Of a stretch of 64,000 bases of DNA, positions 21,484-31,136 are shown one piece after another. The stretch is from Clostridia bacterium. Lineage in GTDB: Bacteria; Bacillota; Clostridia; Oscillospirales; CAG-272. Under the pieces are notes generated by a model. It was not told the DNA's origin, did not search any database, and worked only from the letters and a program-made list of their open reading frames with translations. Numbering within the stretch: position 1 is the first letter of the stretch; each line of letters starts with the position of its first letter. Position numbers and translations under genes: made by a program. Where the stretch lies: contig JAFTSU010000028.1 in NCBI GenBank assembly GCA_017467105.1, forward strand, positions 15,217-79,216. Reading direction: 5' to 3'.

Positions 21484-22298
21484 AGATCGCATCAAAAATC
21501 TACTTATTCCTCATTTTTGGTATATTGTATATACCAATTCTAACCTTGATCTTCTTCTCGTTCAACTCTTCGAACAGCACTGCCGTATTTACCGGCTTCA
21601 GCTTCAGATGGTACGTGGAGCTTTTCAATTCTCCGGAGACCTTCGTTGCTCTTCGCAATACTCTGATACTTGCCGTGCTGTCCGCGCTTATTTCGACCGT
21701 TATCGGTACTGCGGCGGCTGAGGGAATATACAGAATGAGAAGCAAGCTGCTACAGACTGCGATCAATTCTGTTACAAATATTCCAATGATGAATCCGGAT
21801 ATAGTTACGGGTATGTCGATGATGCTATTCTTCGTCGCCCTTGCCGGTATACTCGGAATCACGTATGAGGATATGGGCTTTACAGCTATGCTGATATCTC
21901 ACGTTACCTTCTGTCTGCCCTACGTTATTCTCTCTGTTCTGCCAAGGATAAACGAGCTTGGAGATTCACTCTCCGAGGCTGCTCTTGATCTTGGCTGTAC
22001 GCCCCTGCAGGCGTTCTTCAAGGTAAAGCTGCCGAACATTATGCCCGGAGTTCTTTCCGGAATGGTTATGGCGTTCACTATGTCACTTGACGATTTCGTT
22101 ATTTCGTATTTCGTAGGATCGTCCAATTTCCAGACCCTGCCTCTGCTTATATATTCGATGACCAAGAAAAAGGTCACGCCCGATATGTACGCGCTCTCCA
22201 CCCTTATCGTCATAGTCATATTCGTTATGCTTCTGATATCAAACTTCAAGAGTGGCAAGAAGGTTGAGAAAAAGAGAAAGGCAGGTGGCGTAAAATGA
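21480..22298 (+). CDS. potC: Spermidine/putrescine ABC transporter permease
   Basis: ATGA overlap with potB. EAA loop EAALDLGCTPLQAFFKVKLP. Confidence 0.85.
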   Translation: MKIASKIYLFLIFGILYIPILTLIFFSFNSSNSTAVFTGFSFRWYVELFNSPETFVALRNTLILAVLSALISTVIGTAAAEGIYRMRSKLLQTAINSVTNIPMMNPDIVTGMSMMLFFVALAGILGITYEDMGFTAMLISHVTFCLPYVILSVLPRINELGDSLSEAALDLGCTPLQAFFKVKLPNIMPGVLSGMVMAFTMSLDDFVISYFVGSSNFQTLPLLIYSMTKKKVTPDMYALSTLIVIVIFVMLLISNFKSGKKVEKKRKAGGVK

Positions 22299-23614
22299 CA
22301 AAAAAGCTTGTTTTAGCCATTTTTCTCTTGGCAGTATTGACATTTTCACTGTTTTCCTGCGATGATAACAGCGACGGGGGCCCTGCTGTTTCCGGTAACG
22401 TTGTAACTCTGAATGTATACAACTGGGGCGAATATATCTCTGACGGCTTTGAGGGATCTCTGGATACCAATGCGGCATTTGAGGAGTACTTCAATACGCA
22501 CCTCGCCTCGAAATACGGCTACTCCATCAAGGTAAATTACACTACCTACGCAACAAACGAGGATATGTACTTCAAACTTGCAAGTGAGGCGGGCAATTAC
22601 GACGTTATTATTCCCTCCGACTATATGATCGAGAAAATGATCAACGAGGGAATGCTTGCTGAGCTTGACTACTCAATTATAACGAACTTTGAGTATATTG
22701 ACGACGGATTTAAGGGCGACGCCGCTTATTACGATCCTGACAACAAGCACTCGGTTCCCTATACCTACGGTATGCTTGGCGTTATTTATAACACGGCGCT
22801 GGTTGACGAGGAAGATTACCTGGAAGAGAGCTGGGGGTTGCTCTGGAACCCTAAATACAGAGGAAAAATCCTCCAGTTCAACAATCCCCGCGACGCATTC
22901 GGCTCGGCTATGTACTATATGAATATGGACATAAACTCGACCGATCCTGCAGTTTGGGACTCTGCGCTTGCAAAGTTAGTTCAACAGAAGGAATATCTGC
23001 AGGGCTACGTCAACGACGAGATATTCAACAAGATGACAACGGCTTCCGCAGCCATAGCTCCCTATTTTGCCGGCGACTTTCTCACCATGGCGTATCAGAA
23101 CGAGGACCTTGCCTTCTACTATCCTATAGAGGGCACTAACTACTTCGTAGACGCTATGTGCATTCCTAAGAACTCAAGAAACAAGGATGCGGCAAACGAG
23201 TACATCAACTTTATGCTATCGGAGGAGGTAGCTGTTGCCAATGCCCTATACATAGGATACGCCTCTCCTAACACCTTGGTATTGGACAACGAGGAATATT
23301 CCGAGGGTATGGCTGAGCTTCACGACGACTGGTGGGATATTCTGTACGGAAAGACACCTGCCGAGGCTAACGAGGAGTATGACTACTCGCCCGGATACAA
23401 GAGCTTTTCTCCTGAGATCCAGGCTCACGTCAACGCTCTGTGGGAAAGTCTGAAGACAGAAAACGCAACTGAGCCATGGGTTCACATAACGAGCATTACG
23501 ATCATCGTAGCGGTTATCGCTTTGGCGGTATATACCGTATATATCAGAAAAAAGAGATCCCGCCACTACAGATTGCGTGATAGAGAAAACGCACTGAAAA
23601 AGATCGGAAAATAA
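22295..23614 (+). CDS. potD: Polyamine-binding lipoprotein (PotD family) with an extra C-terminal TM helix
   Basis: ATGA overlap with potC. Lipobox LFS-C. PotD-like body (NWGEYI, IIPSDYM). The C-terminus ITSITIIVAVIALAVYTVYI is followed by an RKKRSRHYR basic tail. Confidence 0.8.
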   Translation: MTKKLVLAIFLLAVLTFSLFSCDDNSDGGPAVSGNVVTLNVYNWGEYISDGFEGSLDTNAAFEEYFNTHLASKYGYSIKVNYTTYATNEDMYFKLASEAGNYDVIIPSDYMIEKMINEGMLAELDYSIITNFEYIDDGFKGDAAYYDPDNKHSVPYTYGMLGVIYNTALVDEEDYLEESWGLLWNPKYRGKILQFNNPRDAFGSAMYYMNMDINSTDPAVWDSALAKLVQQKEYLQGYVNDEIFNKMTTASAAIAPYFAGDFLTMAYQNEDLAFYYPIEGTNYFVDAMCIPKNSRNKDAANEYINFMLSEEVAVANALYIGYASPNTLVLDNEEYSEGMAELHDDWWDILYGKTPAEANEEYDYSPGYKSFSPEIQAHVNALWESLKTENATEPWVHITSITIIVAVIALAVYTVYIRKKRSRHYRLRDRENALKKIGK

Positions 23615-23617
23615 TAA

Positions 23618-23660
23618 AATAGCGCGTCGGCGGAGTATATCCGTAGACGCGCTATTTGCG
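23618..23660 (+). terminator. Terminator of the pot operon
   Basis: AATAGCGCGTC (23618-23628) pairs with GACGCGCTATT (23646-23656), then TGCGTTT. Confidence 0.7.
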
Positions 23661-23758
23661 TTTACCATGGGGGCGTGTCAAATTTTCGACTAAAATTCGA
23701 CTTATTATCTTGTTTTTTATCAGCGTGGCGTATAGCATAAGCTGGGCGCCTCAGACGA

Positions 23759-24652
23759 TTACAATACTCCTGCACCGTCGAAGTCGGGAATAAAGCTCTC
23801 TACGGCAGCCGTGCGCTCCTGAGTGTATCCGTGCTTCACTCCCAGCCTAGATGCGTAATCGCAAAGCTCTCTATACTCGTCCTGCGTCACACGTCGATCT
23901 AAAGGAGATCTAACTCCGGGTATGGGTGTATATTGGCTCATAAGACTGATGCATATTTTATCTCCGTACGTTCCGTAGAGATACTTGAGTGACAGCTTTG
24001 CCTCGGCAACCTTTCCCGGAAGCAGAAGAATACGGACTATCGTTCCCCTCTTCATTAATCCATCCGGAGTATATGACGGCTCACCCGTCTGTCTGACCAT
24101 CTCCTTGATTGCGGCAGCTGCAGCCTCCGGATAATCGGGTGCGTCAGACAGAGCAGCTGCTGTTTTCGGTGTGTAATACTTAAAATCGGCAAGGTATATA
24201 TCAACGTAGCCCTCCAGCATTCTGAGAGCTTCCACGCTGTCATAGCTTCCTGTGTTATATACGATGGGAACGGTAAGTCCCTTTCCTCTCGCTTGCTCTA
24301 CCGTCTCTCTGACTGACGGCGCATAATGGGTCGGAGTAACAAAATTTATATTGTGTGCTCCCTTTGACTGAAGCTCGAGAATTATCTCGGTCAGCCGGCC
24401 TACCGTTACTTCCGTACCGGTTATACCCCTTGAGATCGCTCTGTTCTGACAGTAAATACAGCCAAGAGAGCAGCCCGAAAAGAAAACTGTACCGGATCCG
24501 CGAGTGCCGGATATTGAAGGCTCCTCCCACATATGCAAAGATGCACGTGAGATATAAATTTTATCGGGCATAGAGCAATATCCATAGGATGTGCGACGAT
24601 CAGCACCGCATTTCCTCGCGCATAAAGTGCAGCTTGAATACTCCTTTGACAC
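23759..24652 (-). CDS. Radical SAM protein, PflX-like (pyruvate formate-lyase activase-related)
   Basis: 297 aa. CSLGCIYCQN (CxxxCxxC) cluster motif and an N-terminal Cys-rich segment CTLCARKC. GTG start with GGAG SD. Confidence 0.75.
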   Translation of the reverse strand: MSKEYSSCTLCARKCGADRRTSYGYCSMPDKIYISRASLHMWEEPSISGTRGSGTVFFSGCSLGCIYCQNRAISRGITGTEVTVGRLTEIILELQSKGAHNINFVTPTHYAPSVRETVEQARGKGLTVPIVYNTGSYDSVEALRMLEGYVDIYLADFKYYTPKTAAALSDAPDYPEAAAAAIKEMVRQTGEPSYTPDGLMKRGTIVRILLLPGKVAEAKLSLKYLYGTYGDKICISLMSQYTPIPGVRSPLDRRVTQDEYRELCDYASRLGVKHGYTQERTAAVESFIPDFDGAGVL

Positions 24653-24749
24653 AGTAACTCCTCTCTTCGCCGCTACTTATAAAAATCGGTTGACAATAGG
24701 GCGGTTTTATGTTAAAATTATTTTATACTAATGCTTCGGGGTGATGATT

Positions 24750-25238
24750 ATGGATAAAAGACAGGATTATATCAGCTGGGATGACTACTTCATGGGTGTT
24801 GCGCTTCTGGCTGCGCAGAGATCAAAGGATCCAAGTACCCAGGTCGGCGCTTGCATCGTAGACGAGCACAACAGAATTCTCTCCACGGGATATAACGGGT
24901 TCCCTCAGGGCTGCTCTGACGATGAGTATCCGTGGAACAGAGACGAGACAAAGGGAGAAACAAAATATCAGTTCGTGGTCCACGCGGAGCTGAACGCGAT
25001 CCTTAACGCAAGCGGAAAGTCTCTGCTTGGCTCTAAGGTGTACGTTGCTCTCTTCCCCTGCCACGAATGCGCAAAGGCAATAATACAGTCGGGTGTCAAG
25101 GAGGTAGTTTACCTCTCGGACAAGTATCACGACACTCCTTCTACCGAAGCATCCAGAAGAATGATGTGCGACGCAGGCGTAAAGCTGACCCAGTTTAAGC
25201 CTACCAAGGCGCAGATAGTTCTTGGCTTCAATACTTAA
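24750..25238 (+). CDS. dCMP deaminase (ComEB-type cytidine/deoxycytidylate deaminase)
   Basis: Zinc motifs HAELNAI and PCHECAKAI. N-terminus MDKRQDYISWDDYFM. The track start (24741, GTG) is 3 codons upstream. Confidence 0.9.
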   Translation: MDKRQDYISWDDYFMGVALLAAQRSKDPSTQVGACIVDEHNRILSTGYNGFPQGCSDDEYPWNRDETKGETKYQFVVHAELNAILNASGKSLLGSKVYVALFPCHECAKAIIQSGVKEVVYLSDKYHDTPSTEASRRMMCDAGVKLTQFKPTKAQIVLGFNT

Positions 25239-25262
25239 TAATATTGAATAAATTTTATCACA

Positions 25263-25298
25263 GGGCTCTTTCTTTGTCAAGAAAGAGTCTTATTTTTA
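25263..25298 (+). terminator. Terminator after the dCMP deaminase gene
   Basis: GGGCTCTTTCTT / AAGAAAGAGTCT hairpin with a TGTC loop, followed by TATTTTTA. Confidence 0.75.
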
Positions 25299-25398
25299 TA
25301 AATATTAAATATTCTACTATTCAGCAGAGCTTTTTTAAAAATTAAAATTTGCGTTTTTCAATCATAATCAGGTAATAATTGGAATTTCAAAAAAGGTA

Positions 25399-25427
25399 TT
25401 GACAATCCCATATGTATTGAGTATAAT
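25399..25427 (+). promoter_or_regulatory. Consensus sigma-A promoter driving the T-box leader
   Basis: TTGACA (25399-25404), 17 nt, TATAAT (25422-25427). Confidence 0.8.
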
Positions 25428-25435
25428 ATACCTAA

Positions 25436-25698
25436 CAAGCAGTGACGCGGAAAAAGTAACGCAAATGACGCATTTACAGAGAAGAGAGATTAGGTGCGAG
25501 CTCTCAATGATAATTTGCGCGAAGCAGTCCGCCAGCACAGGACGAGAAAGGTATCATAAGTCCTGCGGGGTGCCCGTTACAGCACAGGGTGATGGTAGTC
25601 ACCTACAGAGGAATATTCCGTGAGGAATATTCAAAATACGGTGGTAACACGCATATGCGTCCGTAGCATACCAATATTGGTGTGGTGCGGACTTTTTT
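25436..25698 (+). promoter_or_regulatory. T-box riboswitch leader, apparent Ala (GCA) specifier
   Basis: Stem I elements: AGUA (25455-25458), AG bulge AGAGAAGAGAG (25478-25488), distal loop GGUGCGA (25493-25499). The 3' side of the specifier loop reads C-GAA-GCA-G (25520-25527). It is flanked by helices GCGGA/UCCGC and CGCAAAU/AUUUGCG. F-box CCGUUA (25574-25579). T-box GGUGGUAACACGC (25640-25652). Terminator hairpin 25659-25692 plus U6. Confidence 0.8.
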
Positions 25699-25857
25699 GT
25701 TTTCTTTTGCGCCGGATGTCTGGACATTGGCAAATCCGATGAACGCAAAAGCGCAATCGGTGTGAAAGAGTTCGATACATGTTAATATCATCTGTCCTTA
25801 CAGATCCAAAAAGCAATATAAGCTTAAAAATAAAAAACATATTCGGAGGAATCAAAA

Positions 25858-26340
25858 ATGAACACTAAAATTCTGAAGCTTATTGAAAACAACGCACGCC
25901 TTGAAGCACGGGATATAGCCGCGGCTCTTGCCATAGAAGAGGATGACGTAAAAAGAGAGATAGCCGCCATGGAGCGAGCAGGTATTATCAGAGGATATAA
26001 GAGCATTATAGACTGGGGAGAGGCTGACCGAAATGAAGTATCAGCTCTTATAGAGCTGAAGGTCGTTCCCGTCGCGGGACTAGGCTTCGAGGAGGTGGCT
26101 GAAAGGATAGCAAAATATCCGTCTGTGGAGTCGGTTTCGCTGATGTCGGGAGTATGCGATCTGCTGGTTACTGTGAAAGGAAAAAGCTTTCAGGAGGTCT
26201 GCTCCTTCGTGGCAAACGAGCTGGCGGTAATAGAGGGTGTGTCATCCACCTCGACACAGTTCGTTATGCGTAAATACAAGGAGTGGGGCGTGGAGCTTCT
26301 GGGCAATGAGGATGACGGAAGGAGTAAGATCTCGCTATGA
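25858..26340 (+). CDS. Lrp/AsnC-family transcriptional regulator (AlaR-like)
   Basis: 160 aa with an N-terminal HTH (LKLIENNARLEARDIAAALAIEEDDVKREIAAMERAGII) and a C-terminal RAM/ligand domain. It overlaps the next gene (ATGA). Confidence 0.8.
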   Translation: MNTKILKLIENNARLEARDIAAALAIEEDDVKREIAAMERAGIIRGYKSIIDWGEADRNEVSALIELKVVPVAGLGFEEVAERIAKYPSVESVSLMSGVCDLLVTVKGKSFQEVCSFVANELAVIEGVSSTSTQFVMRKYKEWGVELLGNEDDGRSKISL

Positions 26341-27524
26341 TAGATTACGGCAGGATGCTCTCGGATGCTGTGCGTGAGATAAAGCCGTCCGGCATCCGCA
26401 AATTTTTCGATATCGCTAATACTATGGAGGACGTTATCTCCTTGGGAGTCGGAGAGCCGGATTTTCGAACACCATGGCAGATCCGATCCGCAGGAATACG
26501 CTCGCTTGAAAGGGCAAGCACAAGATACACCGCTAACCGAGGGTTGAGCAAGCTGCGTGAGAGCATCGCGGATTATACCGAAAGGCACATCGGAGTAAGA
26601 TACGATCCGGAAAAGGAAATACTTGTCACAGTTGGTGGAAGCGAGGCTATAGATATGGCCATCAGAGCTCTTGTGAACCCCGGTGACGAGGTGATCATCC
26701 CCCAGCCGTCCTACGTTTGCTACGAGCCGATCACAAGGCTCTCCGGCGGAGTGCCCGTTATAATCAGAACGAAGGAGGAAAACGGATTCAAGGTAACGCG
26801 GGAGGAGCTTTCCGATAAGATCACGGACAAGACGAAGGTGCTGATCCTTCCCTACCCCTCAAATCCTACGGGCGCTATAATGGAAAGAGAGGATCTTGAG
26901 GCAATTGAGGAGGTTCTCGGAGACACCAACGTTACGGTCATATCCGACGAGATATACTCAGAGCTTACCTATGGTAAAAGACACGTTTCCCCCGCTGAGA
27001 TCGAGGGACTTCGCGAAAGATGCATCGTTGTAAACGGCTTCTCCAAGGCATTCTCAATGACCGGCTGGCGTCTTGGCTACGCTATGGGTCCAAGAGAGCT
27101 TATCGGCGCTATTACCAAGATCCATCAGTTTGCGATAATGTGCGCTCCAACCACTTCTCAATACGCGGCAGTTGAGGCACTCACGTCCTGTGAGGAGAAC
27201 GTACGGGAGATGGTAAAGGAATACGACACTAGACGAAGATTTATTGTTGACGGCTTTAACAAGCTGGGGTTGGAATGCAGAGAGCCCCTTGGCGCGTTCT
27301 ACGCCTTTCCGTCTATCAGATCAACGGGAATGTCCTCTGATGAGTTTTGCGAGAAGCTACTCTATTCAAAGGGAGTTGCGCTTGTACCGGGAACCGCCTT
27401 CGGCGAGGGCGGAGAGGGCTACGTCCGAGCGTCTTATTGCTATTCCTTTATGCATATCAAGGAGGCTCTTCGGCGTGTCGGCGAGTTTCTGTCTGAGCTT
27501 CGAAAAAATAAACAACGTGAATAA
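26337..27524 (+). CDS. Class I PLP aminotransferase (AlaT/YugH-like, probable alanine aminotransferase)
   Basis: 395 aa. Motifs GVGEPDF, NPTG and NGFSKAFSMTGWRLGY (PLP lysine). The context with an Lrp regulator and an Ala-type T-box matches Bacillus subtilis alaR-alaT. Confidence 0.75.
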   Translation: MIDYGRMLSDAVREIKPSGIRKFFDIANTMEDVISLGVGEPDFRTPWQIRSAGIRSLERASTRYTANRGLSKLRESIADYTERHIGVRYDPEKEILVTVGGSEAIDMAIRALVNPGDEVIIPQPSYVCYEPITRLSGGVPVIIRTKEENGFKVTREELSDKITDKTKVLILPYPSNPTGAIMEREDLEAIEEVLGDTNVTVISDEIYSELTYGKRHVSPAEIEGLRERCIVVNGFSKAFSMTGWRLGYAMGPRELIGAITKIHQFAIMCAPTTSQYAAVEALTSCEENVREMVKEYDTRRRFIVDGFNKLGLECREPLGAFYAFPSIRSTGMSSDEFCEKLLYSKGVALVPGTAFGEGGEGYVRASYCYSFMHIKEALRRVGEFLSELRKNKQRE

Positions 27525-27577
27525 AAGTCAAGCACCCCGACAATAATGTTGACACAAAACAAAAAAGGAGATACGTT

Positions 27578-28153
27578 ATGAAGGGATTTTTAGAGGGGTG
27601 CTTCGCCCTGCTTATCGCTACGCTGTTAATCGCAGTGGTGCCTACGGATGCGGAGGCTGATATTTACGAGGATACGATCAGATTACATATTCTGGCGGAG
27701 TCGGACGGTGAAGAAGATCAGGCGGTGAAGCTTGCAATCAGAGACAGGCTGCTTCTGAGCTACGGTGAAATGCTATCAGGCTACGGCAGTGTCGAAGAGG
27801 CAGAGCGTGCGCTTTGTTCTGTGATTTTGCAGATAGACAGTGACGTTGATCTTTGGCTTAAGGAGCTTGGATCGAATGCATCTGCAGAGGTAACGCTTAC
27901 ACGCGAGTGGTACGAGCGGCGTGAGTATGAGGATAACACGCTTCCCGCAGGGGAATATCTTTCGCTGAGAATAATAATAGGAAGCGGTGAAGGAAAAAAC
28001 TGGTGGTGCGTAATGTATCCGCCGTTGTGTCTGGACGTGGCGCTGGGAGATTATTCGGGTTATACCGATGATGAAAGCAGACTCATCAGGGTGGGAAAAT
28101 ACAATCTGAAAATGAAAATACTTGAGATATGCTCCGCTACGTTTAAAAAATAG
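27578..28153 (+). CDS. spoIIR: Stage II sporulation protein R
   Basis: Signal/TM N-terminus. IRLHILAESDGEEDQAVKLAIRDRLL and NWWCVMYPPLCL are hallmark SpoIIR motifs. Confidence 0.85.
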   Translation: MKGFLEGCFALLIATLLIAVVPTDAEADIYEDTIRLHILAESDGEEDQAVKLAIRDRLLLSYGEMLSGYGSVEEAERALCSVILQIDSDVDLWLKELGSNASAEVTLTREWYERREYEDNTLPAGEYLSLRIIIGSGEGKNWWCVMYPPLCLDVALGDYSGYTDDESRLIRVGKYNLKMKILEICSATFKK

Positions 28154-28288
28154 TTGATTTTATCATTGAAATGTGTTAGAATAGTAGTCGATAAATCTCC
28201 GTGACGCTGGCACGTACAGTTTTTAAAATATCCAGGTATACAGATTCGGGTCGGTGGCACGGGTGCGAAACGGATAAGTGGAGACAAT

Positions 28289-28750
28289 ATGGCTAAAACA
28301 GACGGAAAAACTATAGCAGATAACCGAAAGGCAAGGCACGATTACTTCGTTATAGAGACATACGAGGCGGGCATCGAGCTATTCGGCACAGAGGTGAAGT
28401 CGCTGAGAGCTGGTACCGTTAACCTGAAGGATGCTTACTGTGAGATCGATGGGGGTGAGCTGTTCGCTCTGGGTGTACATATCAGCCCTTACGAGCAGGG
28501 TAATATTTTCAACAGAGATCCGCTTCGGCCGAAAAAGCTGCTTATGCACAAGAGAGAAATAATGAAGCTTGCGGGACTCGTTTCCCGTGAGGGATATACC
28601 TTAGTACCTTTATCCCTATACTTCAAGGGCTCTAACGTCAAGATGTGTCTTGGCCTCTGTAAAGGTAAGAAGCTCTACGATAAGCGAGACGACGCGGCTA
28701 AGAGAGATGCTGACAGAACTATTGAGAAGCATATGAAAAACAGATTTTAA
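28289..28750 (+). CDS. smpB: SsrA-binding protein
   Basis: 153 aa. IADNRKARHDYFV..., GTEVKSLR, and the C-terminal basic tail KRDADRTIEK. Confidence 0.95.
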   Translation: MAKTDGKTIADNRKARHDYFVIETYEAGIELFGTEVKSLRAGTVNLKDAYCEIDGGELFALGVHISPYEQGNIFNRDPLRPKKLLMHKREIMKLAGLVSREGYTLVPLSLYFKGSNVKMCLGLCKGKKLYDKRDDAAKRDADRTIEKHMKNRF

Positions 28751-28753
28751 ATA

Positions 28754-28800
28754 AAAACGCGAGGGCTGAGATTTTCAGCTCTCGCGTTTTATTTTGTTTT
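28754..28800 (+). terminator. smpB terminator
   Basis: 12-bp stem CGCGAGGGCTGA / TCAGCTCTCGCG followed by TTTTATTTTGTTTT. Confidence 0.85.
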
Positions 28801-28907
28801 TCTCCGTCAGCTACGCTGATATCTCTTCTGATAGGAGCGGCTTTTATACTCACAGGGAACTGTACTTTAGGAGCAACATAATAAACTGACGTTTTTGAAA
28901 AATTAAC

Positions 28908-29876
28908 TTATTCCTTATCTAAAAAGTCAAAAATCTTCTGCCATAGCTCCATATCCTGCTCTGTCATTCTGTAAAAATCATAGGATGAAACAAAAGCTGA
29001 TTTCTGCTCGTCACTCTGAAGCTTTTTCTTTTTCTTACGGTAGGTGAGATCACGGAAAAACTCGTTCTTATATTTCACAGCATCAATTGTATAATTGGGA
29101 TTATGATCCTTGCCCTCGACTGTTAAAAACGAAACGTTCGCGTTGCGAGAAAGCGCCTGACGTAGCTTCTCAAAATGCATAGTGTATGATGCAGTGGAAT
29201 CGTCTGTTGAGTGAATAAACAATACACGGGTGGAGGTATCCTTCAAGTTTTCCGTTGCCAAAGCTCCGAAGTGATCAGGGTTCATATCTGCCTCAACCTG
29301 AAGAGCGGAAGATCTCCAGGGCGCTAAAAATTTCGGGAATACCTGACGAAGCATTTCGGAAACGGAAGAAAAGCCGGACATTGCGACCACAGCCTTGACT
29401 GATGGGTGGTACGCAGGGATATTCATAGCCGAAAAGGCTCCCCAGCTGTGCCCTACCACGTAAATATCCAGATCCGAGAAAGCCTCTGTCGATTTGATCG
29501 CTGAGATACAGGCGTCAAGATCATAGAGGGAGCCTGATAGTCCCCTTATCCCCTGCCCCTCGGAGCTGTTGCAGCCTGTGTGATCGTAGGACAGTACTCT
29601 GTAGCCGTGACGGCACAGGGTCTCTATCTCACGCATATAAGCGCGGTGTCCGTTGCCCATACCGTGATCAAAGACGACGAGCTTACCCGGAACGAAATCC
29701 CGATAATAGTATATATTTCCTTTGAGGAGGTCTGAGGCAGGAGTGGTGAAGCTAAAGGGTTCGGCGCTTAGTCCATCGAAGTCCTTGTGTAAAAAATAAT
29801 ATACCGATCCGTCGGGATCCTGACGGTTAAACAGAGTTCTTTTATAGAAATTTCCTATCTGCTTTGAAAAGATCAT
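28908..29876 (-). CDS. Alpha/beta-fold hydrolase
   Basis: 322 aa. Nucleophile elbow GHSWGA and an HGMGNGH oxyanion region. Confidence 0.7.
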   Translation of the reverse strand: MIFSKQIGNFYKRTLFNRQDPDGSVYYFLHKDFDGLSAEPFSFTTPASDLLKGNIYYYRDFVPGKLVVFDHGMGNGHRAYMREIETLCRHGYRVLSYDHTGCNSSEGQGIRGLSGSLYDLDACISAIKSTEAFSDLDIYVVGHSWGAFSAMNIPAYHPSVKAVVAMSGFSSVSEMLRQVFPKFLAPWRSSALQVEADMNPDHFGALATENLKDTSTRVLFIHSTDDSTASYTMHFEKLRQALSRNANVSFLTVEGKDHNPNYTIDAVKYKNEFFRDLTYRKKKKKLQSDEQKSAFVSSYDFYRMTEQDMELWQKIFDFLDKE

Positions 29877-29936
29877 AATACACTGCCTTTCAACGTGCTG
29901 ATTATATTCTATTCTTTGCTAATGAATCAAGAAGCA

Positions 29937-31079
29937 TCAGTCAGCGCGGCGTTCAGCGAGAGAATTGTGATAAGTACGGTAGAATTCCTCATATCTTCCC
30001 TCGTCCAAAGCGTCACGTATCTTCTGCATAAGCTCATTGTAGAAATACAGATTGTGAAGCACCGCAAGCCGCATACCAAGCGCCTCGCGCGCCTTGAAGA
30101 GATGGCGTATATAAGAGCGTGAATAGTGACGGCAAGCTGGGCAGGAGCATTCCTCCGCTATAGGACGGGGGTCCTCCGCATATTTCTCATTCAGCAAGTT
30201 TATCTTGCCGCGCCAGGTGAACAGATTGCCATGACGGGCATTACGGGACGGCATAACGCAATCGAAGAAATCAACACCGCGATATACAGCCTCCACGATA
30301 TTTTGAGGTGTTCCAACACCCATAAGGTAACGGGGCTTGTCCTCAGGCATATACGGCTCTACGGTCTCTATGATATGATACATAACGTCCGCCTCCTCGC
30401 CTACGGCAAGACCGCCGATGGCGTAGCCGTCACACTCTACCTCGCGTATCGCCTGCATATTGCGGATACGGAGATCCTCATAGGTGCCGCCCTGGTTAAT
30501 TCCAAAGAGAAGCTGATGGGGATTGACCGTTCCCTCTGCGGCGTTGAGCTTATCAAGCTCCGCTCTGCAGCGCTTCAGCCAACGAACCGTGCGTTCCTCG
30601 GACGCCTTAACGTAATTATAGGGCGCCGGATTTTCTACGCACTCATCGAACGCCATAGCAATAGTAGAGCCGAGATGGGACTGAATACGCATAGATTCCT
30701 CCGGACCCATAAAAATGCGTTTACCATCCATATGCGAGTTGAAGGCAACGCCCTCCTCGGTTATCTTGCGCAGCTTGGCAAGAGAAAATACCTGAAATCC
30801 ACCGGAATCGGTGAGTATAGGCTTATCCCAATTAAAGAATTTATGCAAGCCGCCCATACGGTAAATAAGGTCGTCACCGGGACGAATGTGGAGATGGTAC
30901 GTGTTGGAAAGCTCAACCTGACAGTTAACATCCAGAAGATCCCTCGTGGATATGCCGCCCTTAATAGCGGCGGAGGTGCCAACGTTCATAAATACGGGGG
31001 TCTCTATGGTGCCATGAACGGTCTCAAAGCGACCGCGTCGAGCCTTGCCCTCCCGCTTGAGAAGTGTATATTTTGCCAT
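29937..31079 (-). CDS. tgt: Queuine tRNA-ribosyltransferase
   Basis: 380 aa. TDSGGFQVFSL, the Zn site CSCPACRHYSRSYIRHL, and LHNLYFY. Confidence 0.95.
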   Translation of the reverse strand: MAKYTLLKREGKARRGRFETVHGTIETPVFMNVGTSAAIKGGISTRDLLDVNCQVELSNTYHLHIRPGDDLIYRMGGLHKFFNWDKPILTDSGGFQVFSLAKLRKITEEGVAFNSHMDGKRIFMGPEESMRIQSHLGSTIAMAFDECVENPAPYNYVKASEERTVRWLKRCRAELDKLNAAEGTVNPHQLLFGINQGGTYEDLRIRNMQAIREVECDGYAIGGLAVGEEADVMYHIIETVEPYMPEDKPRYLMGVGTPQNIVEAVYRGVDFFDCVMPSRNARHGNLFTWRGKINLLNEKYAEDPRPIAEECSCPACRHYSRSYIRHLFKAREALGMRLAVLHNLYFYNELMQKIRDALDEGRYEEFYRTYHNSLAERRAD

Positions 31080-31136
31080 TTATATAACCTTTCGGAATTT
31101 TCGTTCATAGTTTTATAGCTTGACGCTTCAAAGGCG

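Noticed and set aside
25399-26006. Four small ORFs (60-74 aa) in the dCMP-deaminase/alaR intergenic region
   Set aside because: The region is fully explained by a promoter plus a T-box leader and terminator. The ORFs cross RNA structural elements and lack SDs.
28751-28907. Looked for tmRNA (ssrA) immediately downstream of smpB
   Set aside because: Only about 155 nt lie between the smpB terminator and the next gene, too short for a roughly 350-nt tmRNA. No tRNA-like GGTTCGA/ACCA end or tag-ORF was seen.
30126-31118. 330-aa ORF antisense to tgt
   Set aside because: Same reasoning: tgt motifs are definitive on the other strand, and the antisense ORF has no motifs or translation signals.
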